This document shows, piece by piece, positions 12,765-24,289 of a stretch of DNA of 64,000 nt (position 1 is the first letter of the stretch; each line of letters begins with the position of its first letter). The translations under genes and the position numbers were made by a program. Source of the stretch: Azolla caroliniana (Eukaryota > Plantae > Polypodiophyta). The stretch is taken from contig JBHGNT010000018.1 in the NCBI GenBank assembly GCA_043228905.1, positions 11,532,001 through 11,596,000 of the forward strand. Direction: 5' to 3'. The notes beneath the pieces are model-generated. The model did no database searches and was not told the DNA's origin. It worked only from the letters and a program-made list of their open reading frames with translations.

Positions 12765-14519
12765 ATATAACGTGCTCAGATGATTTACACTCCTCTTGCG
12801 GGCTTGATCGACAAATTGGGCACCCACATGTGCAAACTGTATTAGTTAGGGATGTGTTATGGTGACGTAGTAGATTAACAGAGTCCTTCAGAAAACCCAT
12901 CTGTACATGGTAAATGCAACAACATGTGTATCGATCCTTTAAGCGTCTCACAAAGTGTGGCTTAAGAGACTCGAATGTTCGTAGTTGAACTTTGATATTT
13001 GGATGCATTTGTTTGAACCTAATAAATAAATCGACCTGCGTAATAAAGGGGAATTAGTTATTCTCGTAACTAGCTAACTATCCTAGTAGCTAATTAGTTA
13101 TTCTAGTAGCTAATTATCTGTTCTAGTAGCTTATTAGCTATTCTAGTAGCTAATTAGCTATCATGGTAGCTAATTAGCTGTCCTAGTAGCTAATTATCTA
13201 TCATGGTAGCTAATTAGCTGTCCTAGTAGCTAATTAGCTGTTATAGTAGCTAATTAGCTGTCCTAGTAGCTAATTAGCTGGTCTAGTAGCTAATTAGCTA
13301 TCATGTTGGCTAATTAGCTGTCCTAGTAGCTAATTAGCTTTCCTAGTAACTAATTAGCTATCATGGTAGCTAATTAACTGGTCTAGTAGCTAATTAGCTA
13401 TCATGGTGGCTAATTAGTTTTCCTAGTAGCTAATTAGCTATCACGGTAGCTAATTAGCTTTCATAGTAGTTAATTAGCTGGTAATAACGAAATTAGCTAT
13501 CCTAGTAGCTAATTAGTTGTCCTGGTAGCTAGTTAGCTATCATGGTAGCTAGTTAGCTATTTTGGTGGCTAATTATCTGGTAGTAACTAAATTAGCTATT
13601 GAGAATAGCTAATTAGCTATCATGGTAGTAGCTATTGAGAGTAGCTAGTTACCTATATAGTAGCTATCCTAGTAGCTAACTGAGGTAAATGTAACTGATA
13701 AGCTAATTAGCTTTTCTGCTAACTGAGCTAATAACTTTCCGTGTAGAGTCAAAACAAATGTTGAGATAAATGTAAATACCAGAGGTACATCAAGAAGATG
13801 AATGGGATGCTCCTCGTATTGATTTCTTCCAACACATTTCCTGCATAAATCCTTTTTATTGGGTGAACTCTCATTAGTCCAAAACATTGTGATTACATCC
13901 TTGATTGCAAATGTTATGGGTGTCATTGGCTTACATCTTGTAGTTAGCTTTAGTAGACTAGTTCCTTCACCCGAGGAAATTATATGATTCATTGTATTAT
14001 ACACTGTTTTTCTACTAACACCAATTACCTTAGATAGCTCAATGATGTTTATATCGTCAACATCACTATTAAGTAACATCATTAGACTAGACCTTTTTAA
14101 GACAAGATTATCTTCTGACCTGCTCATGGATACGAAACTATTACGAAGATTATTTACTAAAACACATGATATGTTTGCATTAAGACCATCACAATCAACT
14201 AAGTCCTTTATCGATGGATCATTACATATTCCATAAAGTACTACCTTCTTTTCTTCATTGCTGATGTGCTTGGTTTGAACATTGAAATAGTCTACAACCT
14301 TTCTCTCTATGATGGTAGTCGCATTACTTACATTCTCAGCTAAACTATCCTTACCTTTACTAAGTGTGGCTTTCATATCCTTCAACAATGATGTTTCCTT
14401 TTTTTTCCTGCCCAATAGTTTTGTATGGCTTGTTGTGTCCTGATAGCATCATCCCTATCCTTATGATCATCGAGGGGTAATTCTAAACACCCTTCTTCCC
14501 CTTCCATTTGGCTGGACAT
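12765..14519 (-). pseudogene. Sola2-like transposase, N-terminal part; DDE core deleted
   Basis: ATG 14519, one frameshift in a poly-A run, GT-AG intron 13779-13036 joining HPIHLLDVPL|VDLFIRFKQMHPNIKVQLRTFESLKPHFVRRLKDRYTCCCIYH in frame. Confidence 0.7.
13053..13725. repeat. TAGCTAATTAGCT satellite filling the transposase intron
   Basis: ~20-bp period units such as tcctagtagctaattagctg. Confidence 0.95.
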
Positions 14520-14815
14520 ATTAAAACCCTAAATTTCCAGAAAAAAAAACAAGTATTTAAGATGGCTATGGGCAACAACAATACACAAAAATATTCCACA
14601 ATACACAAGATTAGACACAACAATACACAAGATAATCAATAGACAGAAAAGTTATTACAATCCAAGACCGAACAGTAGAGGAGTTCACTCCGTTGGATCG
14701 AACAGTTGAGGAGGCGATCCAGGACCTACCAATGGCGACAACTGAGTGTAGAATGTTGTCGTTGGATAAGTGAACTCCGTCAAATCGAAATGTGGAAGCA
14801 ATCCAGGACTGGACA

Positions 14816-15172
14816 ATAGCGGCCCCTGAGTTTAGAGTGGCACAGAGAAGAGAACCCCGTCAGATTGAACAACTCTTTGATGATGCTTGGAACGCACAGT
14901 AGCGGCCCCTGAGTGTAGAGTGGCATAGAGAAGAGAACCCCGTCAGATTGAACAGCTCTTTGATGATGCTTGGAACGCACAGTAGGGGCCCTTGAGTGTA
15001 GAGTGGCACAAAGAAGAGAACCCCGCCAGATTGAACAGCTCTTTGATGATGCTTGGAACGCACAGTAGCGGCTCCTGAGTGTAGAGTGACACAGAGAAGA
15101 CAACCCCGTCAGATTGAATAGCTCTTTGATGATGCTTGGAACGCATAGTAGCGGCCCCTGATGGTAGAGTGG
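14816..15172. repeat. 83-bp tandem repeat, about 4.3 copies, upstream of the transposase
   Basis: cagattgaa anchor at 14861, 14944, 15027, 15110. Confidence 0.95.
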
Positions 15173-15539
15173 CGGCAAGTGGACTCGATAGGGTTTAGCA
15201 ACAGTGGTAGCAACTAACCCACAATACTCAACTAGAGATGGCCTACGTGATGTGGCAAAGGATCATGCATAATGGACCTAGGAATTCGATATATAATTTA
15301 TGGTACACATTTATGGTGCACATATCAATTTATGTTGCACGTTTATGTTGCACATTTATGGCACTCATTTACATATGTAATTAAAACACTCTAATATTTT
15401 CAATGGTAGTTTTTTGCATAGTTAATTTATTAATGATGGCTTTTTACTAAAATGACTATTTATCAATGGTAGCTTTTTGCATAGCTAATTAGCTATGTCA
15501 AGGACATCGCTAATTGTTTCCACTCTCATGCTTTCACCC

Positions 15540-16847
15540 CACAACCTCTTGTACCACAACTCATCGGCATTGTCGGATGCCACGTTCACATCTTCTCGGC
15601 ATATCCAGGCATGCATCAGGTACAAGGTGTTGATCTTTCGGGCTCAGGCCACGATCAAGCTCCCTTTGCAAAACTTCATAACTCCGTTCTAGATGCTACC
15701 CGTGTAGCCTTCATCAACTAGACGACGAGCGGATATTAGATTCAACCGAACATCTAGAATGTGTCGTACATCTTTCAACAGCAATTTGCGTCGTCAACCA
15801 CACATCTCCTATGCCAACAATTCGGCATGCGCCTTCATTTCCCATCCGGACACAACCGTGATCTCCAGTTCTATAAGATGAGAAGCCCTTCCGGTCGGGG
15901 TTCAGATGGAACAACGCGCCAAAGTCAACCACCCATGTCGTCTCGTCGTGCATGGCACCTAACCACTTGCGGTTGTGGGTGTCTTTCTTTGCTTCTTCGA
16001 AGCTTTTTGGCTCCCCTTCGTCGGCCAATAAAACATGCTCTGCATCCAAAAATCTCTAGGGGGGCCTTTCTCTCTCTAAGAGGATATCTCTGTCCTTGCT
16101 TTTCGACCACCGGCTCCTCCGTCTATTCTTCATCTGAATCTGATTCCGGTGTCTGATTCTTGTTCTATCGGTTTAGTTCATTGTCCGAATGCAGCCGGTT
16201 CATCATGGTCTTCGGTGGACATCCAGCTTCTAACCGGATGTGTCCTTGCATCTTCCAACCGAATTCTTTCGGTCAACCCAAAGTCCACTATCTTCTTATC
16301 CGACTCCCAGTTAGCAATGGTGTTGTCTTCCTTGAAGACTATGTCTCAAATCCGGAAGAGTTTTTTTTCAACCAAGTCCCACACTCGGTAGTTGAACTCA
16401 TCATCATCATATCCAAGGAATATGCATGGTCGGGACTTCGGATCCAATTTTGCTCTCTTGTCCTTTGCTACATGCACGTAGGCAAGACACCGAAACACCT
16501 TTAGATGCCAGTAGGACACATCTTTGCCGGTCCATACTCCCTGCGGTGTGTCTCCTTCCAAGGGTGTTGAGGGTGATCTGTTTATCACGTACGTCGTTGT
16601 CATCAGCACCTCAACCAAAAATGTCTTGGGCAATTTTGCATGTGCCAATTTTCCATCACAATCCGGTTCATTCTTTCAGCCAATCCTTTCAACTCCAGCG
16701 TCTTCGAGTCGGATTCCCTTCGACCAGCAATACTCCTAAACTGCCCCCGGTATTCTCCTCCCTTTGTCCGCTCCAACCGCCTTTAGCTTCCGGCCAGTTT
16801 CTCTTTCCACTCTCGCGTGGAATTCCTTGAAGACGGATAATACCTGG
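15540..16847 (-). mobile_element. Continuation of Copia A: protease/pre-integrase (15540-~15942), then a duplicated integrase-to-RT-start block (~15943-16847)
   Basis: Fusion KWLGAMHDE|TTWVVD; the block is homologous to ~1105-2037. Confidence 0.9.
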
Positions 16848-17178
16848 TGTTGTCGGGGTGGGGAGTGAAGCCTAGAATGGCTTCACCCCCCTCCCAAGGG
16901 GGTCACGATAGGGAGAGAGCTAGAGAGAGAGACAAATAGGAAATGACACAAATGTGAGAGGGGAAAATTGTACATCCATTAGATGCCCCATAAGGGGTTT
17001 ATATAATACATAATGTAACGGTAATAATTGTTGTTACAAAAGAGACGACCGTTACACTCTTGTCACATGCACATAATTGTGCATGTGCTCACACATACTC
17101 ATTTACTTTACACATACACATCAACCACATCATTACACATACCCTTATGCCTCCCCATATATTCTTACGGGGGTAACA
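16848..17178 (-). repeat. Probable solo LTR (~330 bp)
   Basis: TGTT...AACA ends, TATA at ~17000, GA tract; flanks cctgg/catgg may be a TSD, but the host does not resume to the right. Confidence 0.5.
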
Positions 17179-18359
17179 CATGGCACGCCTGTGGGACAAT
17201 GCATTGCATGGTGAACCCACTCGCCATGGCAATTCTTCTCAACTGGAACTCCATCGGTCGTCTCAACGGTCAAAAATCCCTCGACCGGATCACTGCTCTA
17301 CGATCGATAATTTCGATTGGAGCTTTGCTTGACTCGAACCTTCTTGTTCGGTCAGCACAAGTCGCGATTGGATCATACACCAATCGGCTAGTACAATTTG
17401 GCATGGCTCGTGAAGTCGTGTTGTGCATTTGTGTATTCTTTCTTTCATCATGTGAAGTGAGTTTTATATTTTTTACCCTTTGGTCTTTAAAATATTCTAC
17501 CCTCAAAATTTTTGAAATTTTATTTTTGGCCCTTGTGTTTTCGAAATTTTGCATTCTGCCCTCCAAATTTTGAAATCTCATGTCATGCCCTTGAGTTTTT
17601 GAAATTTCATCTCATGCCCTTGAGCTTTTGAAATTTCATCTTCTCTGCCCTTATGTTTTTTTGAATGCCCCTCTCTTCTTGCTTCCATTCATATTCTCGC
17701 CTTTCACTTCTAGTGGATTGTGGCGGCGGCGACGACAATAGCGGTGGCATCAATAATAGCAGCGGCGACAACAATAGTGGCGGCGGCGGCAATGATAGCG
17801 ACAATGACGACAACAGTTGTGGCGGCGGTGGCAATGATAGCGGCAACGATAGCGGCAACGGCACGGTAGCAGCAACAACACTGATCTCTTTGATTTTGTT
17901 GGAATCGTCATTCATCATCTTTATTACTTGTAGTGCCATAGTTGTTACAAGTAGGCCACACAATTCTAGAGAAGTTACATACAAAACACAAGCCCTGGCA
18001 GAATCATCTTTTGCTACTGGAGCATTGAAGAGAGCTGAGATACTCAGAGAGACAATCTATGTTAACTTAATAAGTGGCGAGAAAATGTAGAACGTTCTTG
18101 TAGCTCAGTCGCCTCTCTGCTACACTCCTTATAATGACCTACATGAATGGATCAGAAACCCTCAGGTCAATCGAAGGATCAACGCAAGAAGAAGCAATGT
18201 CAACATCGAAAGATTTTGAGATGTTGTGAGAGGCCCATCCTAAGAGAAGTATCCGATGAGATCTCAAATGGAGATGGTGATGGTGTGGATGATAATGATG
18301 ATGAAGACATTAAAGCTTAGAGAATTCTCTCTGAATGCCTTTACTTTGGAGGTAGGAGG

Positions 18360-19647
18360 TGAATTCCTCAGAGAAGTACTCGCCTTCGTCCAATCGTAGG
18401 CATAGAATGTGCTGACCGGTTTATTTCTCCACTTGGCCCTTGAGCTTTTGGAAGTGGGAGAACACTTTGCTCTTCTTCTTCATCGGAAAGATCCATGTGT
18501 AGCGGGAGTGGTCGTCGATAAAGGTGACATAGTATTGGTATCCATCGATCATCGATGTTTGAGCCAATCCCCATACATCCGAGCTCTCCTTTGTAAATGT
18601 GAGTGAACGTTGTTTGCCGAGTTGAAATGCTTCGCATACTCGGTCAACTCATTTTGACTCGAATGCCGGAAGTACGATGATGACTCCCTTTGATTGCATT
18701 GCTCGAAGCCGTTGGAGGTTTATGTGGCCGATTCTATTGTGCCATAACTTGATGCTTGTCTTGGTTTTGAGACCTTTGGCATACATGGCTGATTTCACCT
18801 CATTGGAATCGAGGATGAATATGCGACCGTCTCTCCGTCCTTTGGCTATGAGTTGGCCATCTTTCTCGATGAAACAACCTTCGTTGTTGAAGCAGACTTG
18901 CATGCCTTGCTCCACGATTTGGCCAACCGAGACCAAATTTAGATTCGTTATTGTGGGCATGTGCATGACATTCTTGATGCAAGTTTGCTCACCTTCTTTC
19001 TCGAATGAGACATTGCCTATGTGTCGAATGGGGTGTGTGGTGTTGTCACCCATCTCTATGATGTCGGGTCGATCGGGTGTGCACAAATCACTGAACCAGT
19101 CTTCGTGGGATGTCATGTGATGTGAGGCGCCGGAATTGACGAACCACACGTCTTCCGAGTTGGAGATGCTCGTGAAGTCGGAGGCCGACATAGAGTTCGC
19201 TCTATGTCTCATCACGAATAGACCACCATAGTCGTCTTATTCGGAGTTGTTGGCGTAGTTTGTGAGGTGTCGGCTTGTCGAAGCTGACTCACTTCTCTTT
19301 CTCCGACACTCCTCTTCGCAGTGGCCGATTTTGCCGCAATAGTTGCAAGCAATGGACCACATTTGTCGACCTTGTTCGGCATGGAAACTCCCTCTTGTTC
19401 CGAAGGTCCGTTGATGGCTTCCATCTTGTTGTCGAAGGTTTGAGTTCCCTTCGTTTGATGGGTCGAATAAACCTCTTCTACCGCCTCGACCTCATCCTCG
19501 GCCACCATCCGAATTCTAAAAGAACATTTTTCCTTCCGATGCCTTGGTTCTAGATTGGACATGGTTCTCTTCAACCATTAGCATTGATTGAAGGTCGAAG
19601 AACGGAGGGTTTTCCCTCGCCAAGATTGCCGTCCTCAACGAGTCGAA
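18360..19647 (-). mobile_element. Copia family B fragment (gag end, protease, GAG-pre-integrase, integrase start)
   Basis: VWFVNSGASHHMT, LWHNRIGHIN; homologous to 51811-53013 and 60640-61845. Confidence 0.9.
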
Positions 19648-19669
19648 TGTCATAGACATATGCCACAAA

Positions 19670-19740
19670 GGTAGGTAGGGATTGAACCCAAGACCTCATG
19701 GTCTCTATTGAGCAAACCCTACCACTTGAGCTACATATGC
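19670..19740 (-). promoter_or_regulatory. tRNA-like Pol III A/B-box module in the Tcn1-like 5' LTR (second copy at ~24146-24216)
   Basis: Minus strand reads TAGCTCAAGTGGTAG...GGGTTCAATCCC; no acceptor stem. Confidence 0.75.
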
Positions 19741-21006
19741 ATCCTTGTATTTAATTCAACTTCATATACTGTAGATTGAACATTGGAAGTTCCTAGCTTA
19801 CATGCATTCTCATTCTCTAGCTTGCATGCATCATCATGCATTCTCTAGCTTGCATGCATCCTCATGCATTCTCTATTGCGTGCATCCTCATGCGTACTCT
19901 ATATTGCATGCATCCTCATGAACTCTATTTCTAGCTGGCTTACATAGCCCTACCCTCTTGTATAAATACTCATGTGCACCTTGATTCTAATCAAGGGGAA
20001 CAACACAAGTTACGGATTCTATAAGTTACGAATCAAGGGGATGACCAAGCCCTATGCAACCATTTCCATCGTGGTCTCCGAAATGACGTCAAAACTCTTC
20101 TCTTAAACTTCCCGGAGCCCACATCATTGTCTCAGGTAATCTCCCAAGCTGTCTAGTGTGACAATCGTCTTTTCGAACTTCATCAAGAAGAATGGGGGAC
20201 TCGCAGGTCTCAGGCTTCTTCTCGGAACGCAGCAATCACCAGGCCCTACTTGTCTCCCACGCCAACCTTACCATCAGACAGTGAAACCCATACCACAATG
20301 GAGGTCGATTCCCATACCCCGATGGAGATCGACCATGCTCGGTTCCAACCACTAACTGAAGCCCAACACCAACATCGTCGGGACAATGGACTCTGTCTCT
20401 ATTGTGGCAACCCCGGCCATGTCATCCGCCACTGCCCTGTACGAGGCCCTTGACACCAATTCCATCGTGCACGTCTTGTGGAGGTTCCTCGACAACAGGA
20501 AAACGACCAAGACCGGTGTAGTAGGAGCCATGCCGTTGGACACTTCCTGTTACTCACTTTCTCCATGCTCCTACACGTCCGAACCGCCATTAGGAGGGTT
20601 TTCTTTGCAAGTAAGTCTTTGTTTTGGTTCGACTTCAATACATTCTCATGCCTTGCTCGACTCTGGAGCATCTACTTGCTTTATCGATAAATCCTTTGTA
20701 TGCGCACATAATATCCCCACCGTCCGCACATCACAACCCATATCCGTTGAAGTGATCAACGGTCGGGTTCTCTCATTGGGGGCAGTTACCGAAGCCACTA
20801 TCCCATTGGTACTTCAAATTGGGGCACACCAGGAGGAACTGACGTTCTACCTCATCGTGACCCCTCGACATTCAATTGTGTTGGGGCTATCTTGGTTGGA
20901 GACACACAATCCGACAGTGGATTGGTGTAGCCGCTCCATCACTTTTCCAACAACGCCAATTCCTGCTCGGTCACGACACTCTTTTGATTTTGTTGTGGAC
21001 GAGTCC

Positions 21007-21393
21007 GGTTTGGTCGCTACACTAGCCGTTGTGTCGGGGAACGTCACAGTTCCTGTCACCAATTTACCCATCTGATATAGCGACTTTTCCGACATCTTCA
21101 AAAAGAGGAATGCCGATCGATTACCGGCTCATCGCCCCTACGATTGCCCAATAAAACTCCAAGCTGGCGAGCATCCCCCATTCGGTCCTATCTATGGTCG
21201 CTGGTTTGGTCGCTACACTAGCCGTTGTGTCGGGGAACGTCACAGTTCCTGTCACCAATTTACCCATCTGATATAGCGACTTTTCCGACATCTTCAAAAA
21301 GAGGAATGCCGATCGATTACCGGCTCATCGCCCCTACGATTGCCCAATAAAACTCCAAGCTGGCGAGCATCCCCCATTCGGTCCTATCTATGG
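21007..21393. repeat. 191-bp tandem duplication with 5-bp filler (tcgct)
   Basis: Copies at 21007-21197 and 21203-21393. Confidence 0.95.
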
Positions 21394-24289
21394 GTTATCC
21401 GAACCTGAACTTGAGGCTCTCCGCACATATTTGGCTGAGAATCTCGCGAAGGGCTTCATTCAACCCTCCAAATCACCAGCCGGGGCACCAATCTTATTTG
21501 TCATAAAGAAGGACGGCTCCTTACGCTTATGTGTCGATTATCGAGGTCTCAACAAAGTTACGGTACATAATCGTTACCCCTTGCCCTTAATTCCAGCGCT
21601 CCTTGATCGACTCCGAATGGGGCATATCTTCTCCAAAATTGACCTTCGGGGCGCCTACAATTTGGTGCACATCAAGCCTGGGAACAAGTGCAAAACAGCT
21701 TTTCGGACACGCTATGGACATTTCGAGTACAAAGTGATGCCTTTCGGCCTTACCAATGCTCCAGCCATCTTCTAGCACATGATGAACAATATTTTTCGAG
21801 AGTATCTCGATCATTTCGTGGTCATCTACCTTGACGACATCCTAGTTTTTTCTTCCAACTAGGAGGAGCACACACACCACGTTTGGCTGGTTCTCACCAA
21901 ACTCCGAGAATATGGGCTCTTCGCCAAAAGTGAGAAATGTGAATTCGATCGTACCTCTGTGGAATTCCTGGGTTAAATGATCTCACCTATCGGGATCACA
22001 ATGGATAAATGCAAGGTCGCCGCAATCACTGATTGGCCTCTCCCGACTCGGCTGAAAGAGGTACAATCGTTTCTTGGTTTTGCAAATTTTTATAGACGAT
22101 TTATAGACACCTCTCATCCCTAGTCCAACCTCTCATCCAAGTTACCCGGAAAGATTCTCCATTTCTTTGGACCCTCGCAACACATAATGCTTTTAATGCC
22201 CTCAAAGCAACTTTTCTCTCTGCCCCCCTGTTAGTCCACCTAGACCCCACCCGCCCTTTCCAGGTTGAAACCGATGCCTCCGACTTTGCCATAGGTGCGG
22301 TCTTGTCCCAACCTGATGACGATGGCACCCTACATCCGGTTGCCTTCTACTCTTGGAAGTTTACAACCCCGGAAATCAATTATCTTGTCTACGACAAGGA
22401 GCTCACAGCTATCATCTTGGCCTTCGCTGAATGGCGATCCTATCTGGCTGGGGCGCAACATCGTATTTAGGTGGTGACTGACCACAAGAATCTCATCTAC
22501 TTCACCACCACTGGTACGTTGAATCGGAGGCAAGCTCATTGTTCATCTTTTCTTGCCAACTATGACTTCGAAATCTTGTTCCGACTCGGTGTTCAACATG
22601 GGAAAGCAGATGCTCTCTCTCGGCGGCCCGATTTTGCATTGCGCCCAAGCAACGACACTTATTCTCAGCAATCACATTGTTTATTGCAGCCCGATCAACT
22701 CCACATGTTCGCAACCTATCTGTTGCACGATGATTCCTTGCTCAACGAGATTGCCCAAGCAACCACGTCGGACCCTTTCGCTACTGACATCATGGCGCGC
22801 TTCAACAACCCATCCCAAGAACGGCAAAGCTCAGATCTCAGTCACTTTACAACTCACGATGGGCTACTCTATCGTAATCACCTCCTTTACGTACTAGATG
22901 GCCCATGTTGCCTCCGAGTTCTACAAACTTGCCATGACGATCCTCTTGTCGGACACTTTGGGCTTGCCAAAACGCTAGCATTGCTTTCTTGGGGGTTTTG
23001 GTGGCCTCAACCTTGGAAATTGGTCAAAGAATTTATCAAAACTTGTGACATCTGTGCTCACTCCAAAGCGGCTCACCATCGTTCATATGGCCTTCTACAC
23101 CCACTTCCAATCCCCAGTCGACCTTGGGCATCTCTCTCCATGGACTTTATCACTGACCTTCCTAGAGTTGGTGACCATGACAGTTCTAGTGGTCGTCGAT
23201 CGATTTTCGAAGATGGCCCACTTTGTCCCATGTTCAAAAACCATTTCGGGGGAGGAGACAACTACCCTTTTTCTAAAAAATGACATCTGCCTACACGGTT
23301 TGCCTGAGGATGTCACTTCTGATCGAGGTCCTCAATTTTTCTCCCACTTTTGGCACTGACTGCTACAGACATTCGGACTTCTATGAACTTGTCAACCGCA
23401 CACCAACCTCAAACTAATGGCCAAACCAAAAGAGTCAACCAAATCCTCGAACAATACCTCCGTTGTTTAGTTAGCTACCAACAAGACGATTGGGTGGACC
23501 TCCTTGCCATGGTAGAATTTGCCTACAATAACAGTATCCATGCCTCAACTAAAGTTTCCCCATTCTTTGCAAATTACGGTTTCCACCCTCGTTTCAGCAT
23601 TTCCATTCCGGAGATATCCATCAATCTGTCAGCCGAGAAGCGTGCCCACACCTTACAAGATGTCCACCGTGACCTCTCCCTCGAGCTCCGTGCCACTGGC
23701 AAACAGTATAAAGCTCATGCCGACCGACATCGCTTAGTCGCACTGACCTTCGTAGTCGGTGACATGGTTTGGTTGCTACATCAGCATATCGTAACCACCC
23801 GTCCTTGCAGGAAGCTCGACTACAAACAACTAGGCCCCTTCTGTATCCTCGAGCACGTTAACCTAGTCACCTTCTGGTTAGCGCTTCCCCCCACATTTCG
23901 GCTTCACAATGTTTTCCACGTCTCTCTCCTCGAATTCTATCATCGTTCTCGCATTCCAGGACGCCAACCTCCGTCGTCGCCGCCCGTGGAATTATTGACG
24001 GGTGAGGAGTATGAGGTTGACTGGAGTCGAGCAAAATGCACCGGAGGCAATTCGTGCTTTTCACCAACGATATCCCCATAAACCAGTCACGGGTGTTAGG
24101 AGGTGGCCTTAGAGGGAGGATAATGTCATAGACATATGCCATAGAGGAAGGTAGGGATTGAACCCAAGACCTCATGATCTCTATTGAGCAAACCCTACCA
24201 CTTGAGCTACATATGCATCCTTGTATTTAATTCAACTTCATATAGTGTAGATTGAACATTGGAAGTTCCTAGCTTACATGCATTCTCAT

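Larger units (their letters stand above)
2319..15539. mobile_element. TIR DNA transposon, Sola2-like, internally deleted, with a Gypsy inserted
   Basis: Left TIR ggataaaagcatgcgagtggaaaca (2319-2343) matches the reverse complement of 15515-15539 (gggtgaaagcatgagagtggaaaca) at 22/25. Flanks are cata (2315-2318) and caca (15540-15543), a 4-bp TSD with one C>T. Removing the element restores the Copia W(Y/H)KRLCHMSEK motif. The superfamily call rests on GRG termini, 4-bp TSD and the FxxLKPxFV...CxCxxH motif. Confidence 0.85.
19648..24289 (+). mobile_element. Tcn1-like chromoviral Gypsy, decayed
   Basis: LTRs start TGTCATAGAC at 19648 and 24124 (about 5 differences over the 166 bp retained). Gag CCHC (CLYCGNPGHVIRHC), protease LLDSGA, RT YLDD, RNase H, integrase HHCC/GPF, chromodomain remnants (EEYEVD...FHQRYPHKP), PPT agagggagga. 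PBS and 5' gag are deleted; 3' LTR is truncated. Confidence 0.92.

Noticed and set aside
14816-15172. Repeat array as CRISPR or as a coding repeat
   Set aside because: Whole units repeat with no unique spacers and no cas genes. The 83-bp period is not a multiple of 3, so the overlapping ORFs are artefacts.
2319-15539. PIF/Harbinger, CACTA or hAT identity
   Set aside because: The TSD is 4 bp, not 3-bp TWA or 8 bp, and the termini are not CACTA.
17607-18090. Gly/Asn/Ser- or Pro/Leu-rich ORFs as host genes
   Set aside because: They come from a degenerate trinucleotide tract with no domain evidence.
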